Source of the DNA: Thermoanaerobaculia bacterium
GTDB lineage: Bacteria; Acidobacteriota; Thermoanaerobaculia; UBA5066
Direction of reading: 5' to 3'
Length of the DNA stretch: 64,000 nt
Assembly: GCA_963816185.1 (NCBI GenBank)
Contig: CAWFJJ010000028.1
Span: forward strand, 416,001 to 480,000
The translations under genes and the position numbers were made by a program. The notes beneath the pieces are model-generated. The model saw only the letters and a list, made by a program, of their open reading frames with translations, had not been told where the DNA came from and did no database searches. Shown one piece after another: positions 1 to 9,971 of this stretch (position 1 is its first letter; each line of letters begins with the position of its first letter).

Positions 1-690
1 GCCGTCCTCGAGCCAGGTGCCGTCTTTTCGCGCGGCGCCGCGGGCGCGGGCGTCCTCTCCGTGGCGAATCCCGACGAGTCCGGCATCTACGCGGGGCTCG
101 AGGCTCCGCACGATGGGCCGGCCGAGGGTCCGGGAAAGCGGCTGTTTCGGAAGGGCTACCGGACGCTCACCTGGAAGGGTACGGACCCGAACGGCGACGC
201 GCTACGGTACGAGGTCGAGGCGCGTCGCGAGAGCGGTTCGGCCTGGTTCCCCGTGAGAAAGGACCTCGAAGACTCGTTTCTCTCGTTCGACACGACCGCG
301 CTTCCGGACGGCCGCTACCTTTTCCGGGTGACCGCCTCCGACCGTCTCTCGCAGCCCGAAAGCGAGGCCCTCACCGCGCGCGAGGAAAGCGGCGTCGTCA
401 TCGTCGACAACACTCCTCCCGTTCTGAAGCTCGAATCCCGCAAGGTCGAAGGCAGCTCTCTCGTCGTCACGGTGCTCGCCACGGACGCGCTCTCGCCCGT
501 TACGAAGGCTGAAGGCGCCGTGAACGCGGATCGCTGGCGCCTCCTGTCCGCGGAGGACGGCGCCGCCGACTCGCCGGTCGAGCGCTTCGTCTTCCGCGTC
601 CCGAAGCCGCCGGGGCCGGCGGTTCTGTCGATCCGCGTTCTCGACGCGGCCGGCAACGTCGCGGCGATCGCCGTGGAGTGGCCGTTCTGA
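1..690 (+). CDS. C-terminal part of a hypothetical beta-rich (FnIII/Ig-like) protein, truncated by the window start
   Basis: Frame is open from base 1. Motifs LTWKGTDPNGDALRYEV, LPDGRYLFRVTASD and VDNTPP are typical of FnIII/Ig-like modules. Confidence 0.6.
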   Translation, partial: AVLEPGAVFSRGAAGAGVLSVANPDESGIYAGLEAPHDGPAEGPGKRLFRKGYRTLTWKGTDPNGDALRYEVEARRESGSAWFPVRKDLEDSFLSFDTTALPDGRYLFRVTASDRLSQPESEALTAREESGVVIVDNTPPVLKLESRKVEGSSLVVTVLATDALSPVTKAEGAVNADRWRLLSAEDGAADSPVERFVFRVPKPPGPAVLSIRVLDAAGNVAAIAVEWPF

Positions 691-2273
691 GAAAGCTGGC
701 TCTCCTCGCGGTCGTCGTCTTTCTGGCCGCCTGCGGTGTGCGCGGAAAGAACCAGGAGAGCGTCGTTCGGCGCCGCCTCGACGGCGATCCGAAGACTCTC
801 AACCCGATCCTCGCGACCTTGGACCCGGAGCAAATCGTCCTGGCTCTTCTCGAGCGGAACCTGCTCGACTACGACGAGAAGCTGAACCTCGTGCCGGGCC
901 TGGCAGAAGAGGTTTCCGCCTCGCCCGACCATCTCGTGTACACGATCCGCCTGCGAAAGGACGCCCGCTGGGAGGACGGCACGCCGGTCACGTCTCAGGA
1001 CGTCGTCTTCACGCTCACGACCCTTCTCGACCCGAAAACGCCCGCGCTCGCCCGCCGGGCGCTCTTCGACGGTTTCGTGAAGGCCGAGGCCGTGGACACC
1101 CGTACCGCGCGCGTCACCTTCAGCATCGCCTCCGCCGGTCGAATGGACGCCTTCAACCTGCCGCTCCTCTCGGCCGCCGCCTGGGCGGGCGGCGACGTGG
1201 CGACGAGTCCCCGAAACCGGAACCCGCTCGCGAACGGCCCGTACCGCCTCGGATCCTGGGAGGCGGGCCGGACGCTGACGCTCGTGCGAAACACGCAGTA
1301 CTTCGGCGAGAAGCCCGACCCCGAGCAGGTGATCTTCCGGGTCGTGCCCGAGACGGCGCCCGCGTTCGCGGCGCTCCAGACCGGCGATCTCGACGAGATG
1401 CGCCTCACCTACGCGCAGAAGAAGGAGCTCGACGGGAAGGCGGGCACGGCCGGCGCTCCGCGCGTCGTCACGTTCGACGAGCTCTCGTACCAGTATCTTC
1501 GGCTGGAACAACAGGCTGCCGATTTTCGCGGACCGGCGCGTGCGTCGGGCGCTGACGATGCTGATCGACCGCGAAAGCATCGACCGCAACCTTTACGGTG
1601 GTCTCGCGAAAGTCGCGAACGGGCCCCTTCCGCCGGCTCACTGGGCCTGGAATGCCTCCCTCGCGCCGTGGCCATACGACCCGAAGGCCGCCGAGGCGCT
1701 CCTCGACGAGGCCGGCTTCCGGAAGGGGCCGGACGGGATCCGGCGCAAGGGCAGTCTCCGCTTCGCCTTCACGCTTTCGCTCGGCATGGGCAGCGACATC
1801 CAGAGGCAGATGGTGGAGCTGGTGCAGCAGTCCTTCCGGAAGGCAGGCATCGAGATGGCGATCCAGCCTCTGGAATGGGCGACCTTCGGGGCCAAGATGG
1901 ACGCGGGAGAGTGCGACGCGTGGGCCGCCGCGCTGAACCTCGACCCGAACCCCGACCTCGCCGTGAGCTGGCACTCCGCCCAGACGCCGCCCGAGCGGCA
2001 TGAACGCGGCTTTCTACCGGAATCCCGAGGTGGACACGCTTCTCGACCGCCTCAAGACGACGTTCGACCGGGACGAGGCGCGCGCCCTTCTCGTGCGCGT
2101 GCAGAGCCTCATCCACGAGGACGAGCCGGTCACGTTCCTGAACGTCCCGCTGATCAAGTGGGGCATCTCCTCGCGCCTGACGAACGTGAAGACGTCGCCC
2201 GATCGGCCTCTTCATGTTCTGGCCCGGGGCGGCCGGCTGGCGCACGAGCGCGACGACGAGGCCGATCTCGTAG
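678..2273 (+). CDS. Peptide ABC transporter substrate-binding lipoprotein (OppA/DppA family), split by 3 apparent frameshifts (~1497, ~1993, ~2200)
   Basis: Lipobox-like LAACG; DPKTLNP and WEDGTPVTSQDVVFT; continues in other frames as VRRALTMLIDRESI, YDPKAAEALLDEAGF and YRNPEVDTLLD; probable stop TAG 2271-2273. Confidence 0.8.
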
Positions 2274-2308
2274 GCTTCCCGCCGCATCGCCAAGTAACAT
2301 CTCTATCG

Positions 2309-3280
2309 GTGATCCGTTTCGCTCTCCGCCGGTCGCTCTCGGCCGTCCTGACGTTGCTGGGAGTTCTCGCGCTCGTCTTCGGGCTGGTCACCGCCGCTCC
2401 GGGCGACGCGGCGACGCTCGCAGCGCGCGCCGGCGGCAACCGCGCGGTGGCGATCTCTCCCGCCGCCCTGGCGGCCTTTCGGCATCTCTACGGCCTCGAC
2501 CGGCCGGTGGTGGAGCGCTTCGCGACCTGGATCTGGCGCGCCGCGCGCCTGGATTTCGGGCGCTCTCTCGTGGACGGCCAGCCCGTGACTCTTCGGATCG
2601 CCCGCGCGCTGCCGGCGACGTTGGCGCTGAATGCCGCCGCCCTCCTCCTCGCCTGCCTGATCGGGGTGCCCCTGGGAATCGCCGGAGCGCGCCGGCCCGG
2701 CGGGCGTCTGGACAGGATTTCCGGCTTCGTCTGCGACGCGTTTTTCGCGACGCCCACGTTCGTACTCGGACTCGTCCTGCTGCTCGTGTTCTCCGGCTGG
2801 CTGCGCATCACGCCCCTCTTTGCCGACGCGGAGTCCGGGGTGCGCGGTTTTCTCCTTCCGGTCGCCACCCTTTCGCTCACGTCGCTCGCCCTGATCGCGC
2901 GGTTCGTCCGGGTCTGCATGGCGGCCGCGCTCGCGGACCCCGCCGCTCTCGCCGGGCGCGCGCGCGGCGAACGACCCTCCGAAGAGGTCCGGCGCGCCCT
3001 CAGACGCTCGGCGGCTCCGTTCGCCGCGATGGGCGCCGTGCTCGTGCCGTCCGTCGTCTCGGGCTCGATCCTCGTGGAGCGGGTCTTCTCGCTGCCCGGC
3101 GCTGGGGGCCTTCTGGCCGAAGCCGTCTTCGCGCGGGACCTCCCGACCGTTCTCGCTCTCACGTGGTGCTCGGCCATGGCGGTCGTGGCCGCGTCTCTTG
3201 CCGCCGACCTCATCGCGGCGGCGCTCGACCCGCGCGTCGCACGCGAAGTCGACGTGGCGGCGCCGGGAGTCGCGGCGTGA
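2309..3280 (+). CDS. Peptide ABC transporter permease (OppB/DppB-like)
   Basis: VIRFALRRSL..APGDAA, YGLDRPVVERF, LDFGRSL, GSILVERVFSLPGAG, ARDLPTV. Confidence 0.85.
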   Translation: MIRFALRRSLSAVLTLLGVLALVFGLVTAAPGDAATLAARAGGNRAVAISPAALAAFRHLYGLDRPVVERFATWIWRAARLDFGRSLVDGQPVTLRIARALPATLALNAAALLLACLIGVPLGIAGARRPGGRLDRISGFVCDAFFATPTFVLGLVLLLVFSGWLRITPLFADAESGVRGFLLPVATLSLTSLALIARFVRVCMAAALADPAALAGRARGERPSEEVRRALRRSAAPFAAMGAVLVPSVVSGSILVERVFSLPGAGGLLAEAVFARDLPTVLALTWCSAMAVVAASLAADLIAAALDPRVAREVDVAAPGVAA

Positions 3281-4152
3281 CGGCAGCCCGGGCGGCTCTG
3301 CGCCGCGCGGGTCTCGCCTTCGCTCTTTTTCCCCTGATCGCCCTTCTCGCTCCGCTTCTCGCCCGCGAGAAACCCTGGATTACCGGCCGCGGCGGCGAGA
3401 CGATCGTGAGCGCTCCGGTTCCGTTCGATCCCGACGCCGTGGATCTCGACCAGCGGCTCAGGCCGCCCGGCCGGCGGCACCTTCTCGGCACGGACGAGCT
3501 CGGGCGCGACGTTCTATCCCGGGTCCTTCACGGGACGCGCCTCTCCGTCGCGGCAGGCCTGCTTGCCTCTGCTCTTGCTCTCGGTCTCGGAGCCGCGCTC
3601 GGAACTCTCGCGGGCTGGGCCGGAGGACGCACGGATCGCGTCGTGATGCTCTTCCTCCAGATCGTCCAGGCGCTCCCGGCGCTCGTCCTCGTGATCGCCG
3701 GAGCGGCGTTTCTCACGCCGTCTTTTCTCGTCGTGGCCCTCCTCATCGCCCTGACCGGCTGGACCGATGCGGCCCGCCTCGTACGAGCGGGCACGCAGCG
3801 CCTGAGAAACGAGGCATTCGTGGACGCGGCGCGGGCGACGGGCGCCTCGAACGCGCGCCTGCTCTTCGTCCACGTCCTCCCGCACGCGCTCCCGCCCGCG
3901 CTCGCGACGCTGCCATACGTGCTCGGTTCTGCCGTTCTCACGGAAGCGGGGCTGTCGTTCCTCGGGCTGGGCGCTCCACCCCCGGCCGCGTCCTGGGGAC
4001 GCGCGCTCGCCGAGGCTCGCAATCTCCTTCCGGGTGCGTCGTGGTGCGTCCTGCCGCCCGCCCTCGCGCTCTTCCTGCTCGTCTGGACGGCGCGCCGGCT
4101 CGGCGACGCGTTCCTCGGCCGAAGAGGGGACGTACAATCCCGTCTCGCGTGA
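3277..4152 (+). CDS. Peptide ABC transporter permease (OppC/DppC-like)
   Basis: HLLGTDELGRDVLSRVLHGTRLS, EAFVDAARATGAS and EAGLSFLGLG; GTGA overlap with the upstream stop. Confidence 0.88.
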   Translation: MTAARAALRRAGLAFALFPLIALLAPLLAREKPWITGRGGETIVSAPVPFDPDAVDLDQRLRPPGRRHLLGTDELGRDVLSRVLHGTRLSVAAGLLASALALGLGAALGTLAGWAGGRTDRVVMLFLQIVQALPALVLVIAGAAFLTPSFLVVALLIALTGWTDAARLVRAGTQRLRNEAFVDAARATGASNARLLFVHVLPHALPPALATLPYVLGSAVLTEAGLSFLGLGAPPPAASWGRALAEARNLLPGASWCVLPPALALFLLVWTARRLGDAFLGRRGDVQSRLA

Positions 4153-4637
4153 AGCGCACCGCCGTCTACCCGGGCACGTTCGATCCCATGACGAACGGCC
4201 ATGTCGATCTCATCCGGCGGGGTTGCCACATCTTCGACCGCGTGCTCGTCGCGGTTCTCATCGACACCGAAAAGGAGCCGCTCTTCACCGTCGAGGAACG
4301 GCTCGCGATGATCCGCTCCGTCTTCCGGCGCGAGCCGAAGGTCGTCGTGAAGTCGTTCCGAGGCCTCCTCGTGGAGTTCATGCACAAGGAAAACGCGCGC
4401 ATCGTCGTGCGCGGACTCCGCGCCGTCTCCGACTTCGAGCACGAGTTCCAGATGGCCCTCATGAACCGACGCCTCGGCCCGGAGGTCGAGACGCTCTTTC
4501 TCACGCCGAAGGAAGAGCTCTCGTACACGTCGAGCCGCCTCGTGAAGCAGGTCCACCAGCTCGGCGGCGACGTCTCGGGTCTGGTTCCGGCCGTCGTCCA
4601 CCGGGCGCTGGCGCGCAAGGTTCCGAACGGCGACTAG
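4149..4637 (+). CDS. coaD: Phosphopantetheine adenylyltransferase
   Basis: AVYPGTFDPMTNGHVDLI, VRGLRAVSDFEHEFQMALMNR, SSRLVK. Confidence 0.97.
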   Translation: MKRTAVYPGTFDPMTNGHVDLIRRGCHIFDRVLVAVLIDTEKEPLFTVEERLAMIRSVFRREPKVVVKSFRGLLVEFMHKENARIVVRGLRAVSDFEHEFQMALMNRRLGPEVETLFLTPKEELSYTSSRLVKQVHQLGGDVSGLVPAVVHRALARKVPNGD

Positions 4638-4663
4638 GCGGTCCGGGGCGCTTTCGTACGCGC

Positions 4664-5083
4664 TCAGATCCGCCCGAACCGCCGGAATGCCTTCGCGATC
4701 GGTTCGGGCACGGTGCGCGGCCGGCCCGACGCGTCGAGAAACAGGTGGTGCGTCTCTCCCTCGGCGGCGAGCGCGCCGTCCGCAAGGACGATCTCGTACT
4801 GGAACGTGCAGCCCCGGCTCTTGAGCTCGGTCATTCGGGCTCGGACCGTCACGGTGTCGCCGTAGCGCACCGCGCGGCGGTAGCGTACGCGCGCCTCGGT
4901 GACCGTGATGAACGAGCCCTCGGCTTCCATGCGCGGGTAGGGATAGCCGGCGCGCTCGCAATAGGCGGTGCGGGCGACCTCGAACCAGATGATGTAGTTG
5001 CCGTGATAGACGACGCGCTGCGCGTCGGTCTCGGCGTAGCGCACCTGGATGGAGGTCTCGACGGCGGGATGGGGGGCGCTCAC
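4664..5083 (-). CDS. Acyl-CoA thioesterase (YbgC/4HBT hotdog family)
   Basis: VRYAETDAQRVVYHGNYIIWFEVAR signature. Confidence 0.9.
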   Translation of the reverse strand: MSAPHPAVETSIQVRYAETDAQRVVYHGNYIIWFEVARTAYCERAGYPYPRMEAEGSFITVTEARVRYRRAVRYGDTVTVRARMTELKSRGCTFQYEIVLADGALAAEGETHHLFLDASGRPRTVPEPIAKAFRRFGRI

Positions 5084-5091
5084 GATGCCCC

Positions 5092-5098
5092 TAGACTA
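5092..5098. promoter_or_regulatory. Putative overlapping divergent -10 boxes (TAGACT on +, TAGTCT on -) between the thioesterase and pabB
   Basis: The 25-bp gap between the divergent starts contains CTAGACTAG; a TANNNT lies 9-11 nt before each start. Confidence 0.4.
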
Positions 5099-5108
5099 GA
5101 CGATCGCC

Positions 5109-6389
5109 ATGAGAGCGCTCTTCCGGGGTGACGGTTGGGGACTGGGAGAGAGGAGAGGACCGGGGACCGGGGATTTCTTAGAAAGAGAAGAACCGGGGAA
5201 AGAGATCTTCTTAGAAGGTGAAGAGAGGGTCATTTGCGCCGAGAGGCTGGAGCAGCTGCCCGACATGCTCGCCTCGCTCGACGAAATCGCATCGTCGGGC
5301 GATTTGAACCTGATCGCAGCGGGGTTCGTCTCCTACGAGGCGGGCGTTTACCTCGAAGGATCGACGGCGCTCGCGCGCCGGCATGAATTTCTTCCTTTCG
5401 CGGAATTCTTCCTCTTCGATACCCGCCGCTCCGGCGCCGCACGACGCATGTCGCCGCCTCCCGCCGCTTCCGCCCCATTCACCTTCGAAGAATCGGTACG
5501 CGCGGAGCGCGTGTTCTTTTCGGACCCTTCGGCTCGCGAAACGGAGCCGTCGCTATGCCCGGACGCGTGGAGAAACGGAGTAGACGCCATCCGGGACGCC
5601 ATCGCCCGCGGCGACGTCTATCAGGTCAACCTCACGCGCCGCACGCGCTTCGCGGCCCGCGTCGAGCCCTTCGCCCTCGCGCGCGCCCTCTACGGCGACA
5701 GCCCCGTGCCCTTCGCCGTGACGCTCGTCGGGAACGAGTGGGCCGTCGTGTCGAATTCGCCGGAGCTCTTTCTCGACGTGGACCTTGCGGCGCGCCGCGC
5801 GGTCACCAAGCCGATCAAGGGCACGATCGCGCGGGGCGCGACCGACGCCGAGGACGCCGGCCGGCGCCGCGAGCTCCTGGCCTCCGCGAAGGATGCGGCC
5901 GAGAACGTGATGATCGTGGACCTTCTGAGAAACGACCTCGGCAAGGTGGCTGAGAGAGGGCGCGTCGAGACGACCGCCATGAGATCGTTGAAGTCGTTCC
6001 GCCATCTCCATCACCTCGAATCCACGGTGGAGGCCAGCTTGAAGCCGGACGCCCGGCTCTCCGACGTCCTCCGCGCCACGTTGCCGGGGGGCTCGATCAC
6101 GGGTGCCCCGAAGCGCGCGGCGCTGCGTTTCATCCACGACCTCGAGAACGTGCCGCGCGGCGCGTATTGCGGGGCCGCGGGGTTCGTCCGTGGCGACGGC
6201 CGGGCGGTCTTCAACGTGGCAATCCGGACGGCGATCCTCGGTCGGGATACAGTGGACTACCACGCAGGAGGCGGAATCGTGTGGGACTCGAACGCGGAGG
6301 CCGAATGGCGCGAGACGAAGGCGAAGTCCCGGGAGTTTGGGGCGGCGATGGCGGCCCTCGGCGCGGGCGAGGTGCCCCATGAACCTTGA
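5109..6389 (+). CDS. pabB: Aminodeoxychorismate synthase component I / anthranilate synthase family
   Basis: GDVYQVNL, SNSPELFL, TKPIKGT, KDAAENVMIVDLLRNDLGKV, PGGSITGAPK, AGGGIVWDS. Confidence 0.85.
   Translation: MRALFRGDGWGLGERRGPGTGDFLEREEPGKEIFLEGEERVICAERLEQLPDMLASLDEIASSGDLNLIAAGFVSYEAGVYLEGSTALARRHEFLPFAEFFLFDTRRSGAARRMSPPPAASAPFTFEESVRAERVFFSDPSARETEPSLCPDAWRNGVDAIRDAIARGDVYQVNLTRRTRFAARVEPFALARALYGDSPVPFAVTLVGNEWAVVSNSPELFLDVDLAARRAVTKPIKGTIARGATDAEDAGRRRELLASAKDAAENVMIVDLLRNDLGKVAERGRVETTAMRSLKSFRHLHHLESTVEASLKPDARLSDVLRATLPGGSITGAPKRAALRFIHDLENVPRGAYCGAAGFVRGDGRAVFNVAIRTAILGRDTVDYHAGGGIVWDSNAEAEWRETKAKSREFGAAMAALGAGEVPHEP
5165..5229 (+). repeat. Two tandem copies of the TTCTTAGAA repeat inside the pabB 5' end
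   Basis: TTCTTAGAA at 5175 and 5208. AGAGATCTTCTTAGAAGG at 5201 is the exact reverse complement of the copy near 63675. Confidence 0.75.
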
Positions 6390-7170
6390 GTACGCGCCGG
6401 TCCCGTTCCTCTCGCCCGCCGTCCAGCGGGGCTTCGGCTTCTTCGAGACGGCGCTTCTGGCGGGCCGGCGCGCCGTGCTGTGGGAACCGCACCTCGACCG
6501 GATGCAGCGCATCCTCACGAGGCTCGATCTCCCGAAGCCCTCGCGCGAGCGGCTGAACGACGTCGCGAAGCGCGCGCTCGACGCGTCGGCCGCAAAACCG
6601 GCGGAGCAGCGCGCATTGCGCCTCACGTGGTTCGCCGTGGGCGACGACCTCGACGATCCGGCGTCGTACCGTCTCGAGGCGCACCTCCTGCCGATTCCGG
6701 AGAGCCGCCTCGCCCGCCGGAAGGGCTCGCACTGCGTTTCGCTGCCGCTGGAGCTCCAGCGCGACACGCCGGGCGTGAAGTCCACGAGCTATTTCGCCGC
6801 GATGCAGGGAGGACGTCTCGCAAAGAAGGCCGGAGGGGACGAGGGGCTGTTCCGCTCTCCGGACGGGAGCTATCTCGAGGGCACGACGACGGGCCTCGCG
6901 GCGTGGAACGGAGGGACGCCCGTGCTCGCGCCGAAGGGAGTCCTCCCGAGTGTGACGGCCGCCGCCTTTTTCGGCGGCAAGGCCGCCACGGCAGCCCTGA
7001 GCGCGGAGAAGCTCCGCGAAGGATCCATCCTCCTCGGCTCTCTGACCATGGCGACGCCGATCCTTACGCTCGACGGGGTGCCGTGCGCCCGGCCACCCGA
7101 AATGCTCGCGCGCATCGCGGAGTTCAATCGGCGCCTGCTGCAGGATCCGGCCTTTGGCACGGAGCTCTAG
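6379..7170 (+). CDS. Class IV aminotransferase / 4-amino-4-deoxychorismate lyase-like
   Basis: GFGFFET, HLDRM, PLP lysine in VKSTSY, DEGLF..YLEGTT, GVLPSVT; follows pabB. Confidence 0.8.
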   Translation: MNLEYAPVPFLSPAVQRGFGFFETALLAGRRAVLWEPHLDRMQRILTRLDLPKPSRERLNDVAKRALDASAAKPAEQRALRLTWFAVGDDLDDPASYRLEAHLLPIPESRLARRKGSHCVSLPLELQRDTPGVKSTSYFAAMQGGRLAKKAGGDEGLFRSPDGSYLEGTTTGLAAWNGGTPVLAPKGVLPSVTAAAFFGGKAATAALSAEKLREGSILLGSLTMATPILTLDGVPCARPPEMLARIAEFNRRLLQDPAFGTEL

Positions 7171-7192
7171 CACGGACTAAACTTTCATCCTT

Positions 7193-8302
7193 ATGGCCAG
7201 GTCTCGCTCCACCTCCCAGTCCCGCCACGTTCTTTTCACGGGCTTTCCCGGGTTCATCGGGGCGCGCCTGATCCCGCGCCTCCTGGAGCTCGCGCCCGGC
7301 ACGACTTTTCATGCGCTCGTCCAGGAGAAGTTTCTCTCGGCGGCGGACGCGTCCGTCGCCGCCCTCGGCGAGGAGCATCCCGGAACGAAAGGGCGCATCC
7401 GCCTCGTGGTCGGCGACATCACGTCGCCCGGCCTCGGCCTCGCGGCATCGAAGGCGAAGGAGCTCCAGAAGAGCCTCGAAGGCTGCTTCCATCTCGCCGC
7501 GGTCTACGACCTCGCGGTGGCGCGCGACCTGGGCATGCGCATCAACGTGGAAGGCACGAAGAACGTCGTCGAGTTCCTCGGCGGCGCACGGTCCTTCCGA
7601 CGCCTCGACTACGTCTCGACGGCATATGTCTCGGGCACGGCCGTCGGCACGTATCGAGAGACGGACCTCGACGTGGGGCAGAGCTTCAAGAATTACTACG
7701 AGGAGACGAAGTTCCTCGCGGAGACGGCCGTGAAGGAGAGCGGCCTTCCCGCGGCGATTTACCGGCCGGGCATCGTCGTCGGAAGCTCGAAGACGGGCGA
7801 GACCGCGAAGTTCGACGGCCCGTACTACTCGCTCAACGCCATGGGCGTCCTTCCGTCGCCCGGCGTCTTCATCAAGGTGGGGACCGGCGACGCGGAGGTG
7901 AACCTCGTGCCCGTGGACTTCGTCCTCGAGGCGATCGCCCGCCTCTCGACCTGGGAGGGAGCGGTCGGGAAGACGTACCACCTCACGGACCCGCACCCGT
8001 CGACCGCGTTCGAGATCGAGGAGATGTTCGCGAAGGCGCTCGGGAAGTCGTTCCTTTACGTGCCGGTGCCGCACCTGGTCGCGAAGCTGCTCTTCACGCC
8101 GGGCCCGGTCCAGAAGTCGTTCGGGATGCCCGTCCAGTCGATCGACTACTTCGACCATCCCGTGAGCTACGACTCGGCGCAGGCTACCGCGGACCTCGCG
8201 CGCTTCGGCGTGAAGTGCCCGCCGTTCAAGAGCTACGTCCAGAAGCTCGTCGCCTTCTGGCGCACGAAGAAGGACACGATCAAGCGCGGAGCGATGATTT
8301 GA
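7193..8302 (+). CDS. Extended SDR oxidoreductase (thioester/fatty-acyl reductase-like)
   Basis: TGFPGFIG, HLAAVYD, YVSTAYVSG, NYYEETKFLAE (YxxxK), RPGIVVG. Confidence 0.88.
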   Translation: MARSRSTSQSRHVLFTGFPGFIGARLIPRLLELAPGTTFHALVQEKFLSAADASVAALGEEHPGTKGRIRLVVGDITSPGLGLAASKAKELQKSLEGCFHLAAVYDLAVARDLGMRINVEGTKNVVEFLGGARSFRRLDYVSTAYVSGTAVGTYRETDLDVGQSFKNYYEETKFLAETAVKESGLPAAIYRPGIVVGSSKTGETAKFDGPYYSLNAMGVLPSPGVFIKVGTGDAEVNLVPVDFVLEAIARLSTWEGAVGKTYHLTDPHPSTAFEIEEMFAKALGKSFLYVPVPHLVAKLLFTPGPVQKSFGMPVQSIDYFDHPVSYDSAQATADLARFGVKCPPFKSYVQKLVAFWRTKKDTIKRGAMI

Positions 8303-9948
8303 GGCCTTCTTTTCCCTTCACGAACGCCCCGATCATCGACGGTCAGGACGTGAAGACGGGCACGACCTTCGAGGCCGTGAACCCCGCCACGGCCGAGCCG
8401 TTCGCGGAGGTGGTCCGGGCCGGCCCGCGCGAGATCGACATGGCCGTCGGATCGGCGCGGAAGGCATTTCTCTCATGGTCGAAGACACCCGTGGCCGACC
8501 GGCAGCGGTATCTGGCGCGCCTTCTCGAGGAGGTTCGCCGCGCGCACGAGGACGTGGCCCGCCTCGTCGCGACCGAGCAGGGCAAGCCCGTTGGCGAGGC
8601 GCGCGCCGTGGACGTCGTCCCCGCCGCCGACACTCTTCGCTATCTGTCGCGCCATGCGGGCGAGCTTCTGGCCGAGCAGCCGATCGACTACGCCCAGATC
8701 CTCTTCGCCCACAAGAAGGGCCGTTTTCGCTTCGAGCCTCTCGGCGTGATCGCCGTCGTGACGCCCTGGAATTTTCCGTTCGGCATTCCGTTCGTCGAGA
8801 TCGCGGCCTGTCTCGCGGCGGGCAACACCGTCGTGCTGAAGCCCGCGTCGGCCACGGCGCTCACGGGCCTCGCCGTCGGAGACCTCTGTCGCCGCGCGGG
8901 CCTGCCCCCCGGCGTCGTGAACGTCGTGACGGCCGGCGGCGCGGACACGAACGCCCTCGTCGAGCACACGGGCATCGCGAAGGTCCTCTTCACGGGTTCG
9001 GTCCGGACGGGCATCGAGGTGATGGAACGCGCGGCCAGGAACCTCACGGGCGTCGTCCTCGAGCTCGGCGGCAAGGACGCGGCGGTCGTCGCCGCCGACG
9101 CGGATCTCGACCGGACGGCCGCGGGTCTCGTCTGGGGGGCGTTCGCGAACGCCGGCCAGACCTGCGGCTCCGTCGAGCGCGTGTACGTCGTCAAGGACGT
9201 GGCCGCGGAGCTCATTTCGAAGATCGTCGCGCGGACGAAAGCTCTTCGCCTCGGCAATCCGCTCTCGACGACGACGGACATGGGCCCTCTCACGACTTCC
9301 GGCCAGCGCGACCTCGTCGAGGCGCACCTCCAGGATGCCGTCTCGCGTGGCGCGAAAGTCCTCGTGGGGGGCGAGCGTCCGAGCGCGAAGGGATGGTGGT
9401 TCCCTCCGACCGTCCTCACGGGCGTCGACCACGCCATGCGCACGATGTGCGACGAGACGTTCGGGCCGCTCCTGCCCGTCATGGCGGTGGACTCGCTCGA
9501 CGAGGCGATCCGGCTCGCGAACGACTCCTCGTTCGGACTGACGGCCTCCGGATGGACGCGTTCGCGCCGGACGGCCCGCAAGCTCGGGGAGGAGCTGCAG
9601 GCGGGGACGGTCACGATCAACGACCATCTGTTCTCCTTCGGGGAGCCCACCGCGACCTGGGGCGGCGTGAAGAAGTCCGGCGTGGGCAGGAGCCACGGGG
9701 GCTTCGGCCTCCTCGAGCTCGTGAACATCAAGCACGTGAGCGTGGACTTCGCGGGCACTCCGGCGATGCCGTGGTGGTACCCGTACGACGCCGCCTTCCA
9801 TGCGTTCACGAAGAGCGCCTTCGGAACTCTCTACTCGAACGATCCGCTCACGAAGGTGCCCGGCGCGCTCGGGCTCCTGGGCAGCGGACGGTTCTTCGGA
9901 TACGTGAAGGTCTCGGCTCTCGCGTCACGGCTGGGGAAGGTGTTCTGA
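8299..9948 (+). CDS. Aldehyde dehydrogenase family protein
   Basis: TPWNFP, LKPA, FTGS, LELGGKD, NAGQTC, ETFGP; TTG start overlapping the upstream stop. Confidence 0.93.
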   Translation: MRPSFPFTNAPIIDGQDVKTGTTFEAVNPATAEPFAEVVRAGPREIDMAVGSARKAFLSWSKTPVADRQRYLARLLEEVRRAHEDVARLVATEQGKPVGEARAVDVVPAADTLRYLSRHAGELLAEQPIDYAQILFAHKKGRFRFEPLGVIAVVTPWNFPFGIPFVEIAACLAAGNTVVLKPASATALTGLAVGDLCRRAGLPPGVVNVVTAGGADTNALVEHTGIAKVLFTGSVRTGIEVMERAARNLTGVVLELGGKDAAVVAADADLDRTAAGLVWGAFANAGQTCGSVERVYVVKDVAAELISKIVARTKALRLGNPLSTTTDMGPLTTSGQRDLVEAHLQDAVSRGAKVLVGGERPSAKGWWFPPTVLTGVDHAMRTMCDETFGPLLPVMAVDSLDEAIRLANDSSFGLTASGWTRSRRTARKLGEELQAGTVTINDHLFSFGEPTATWGGVKKSGVGRSHGGFGLLELVNIKHVSVDFAGTPAMPWWYPYDAAFHAFTKSAFGTLYSNDPLTKVPGALGLLGSGRFFGYVKVSALASRLGKVF

Positions 9949-9971
9949 GCGGCGGAAAGTAGAATCGCCGC

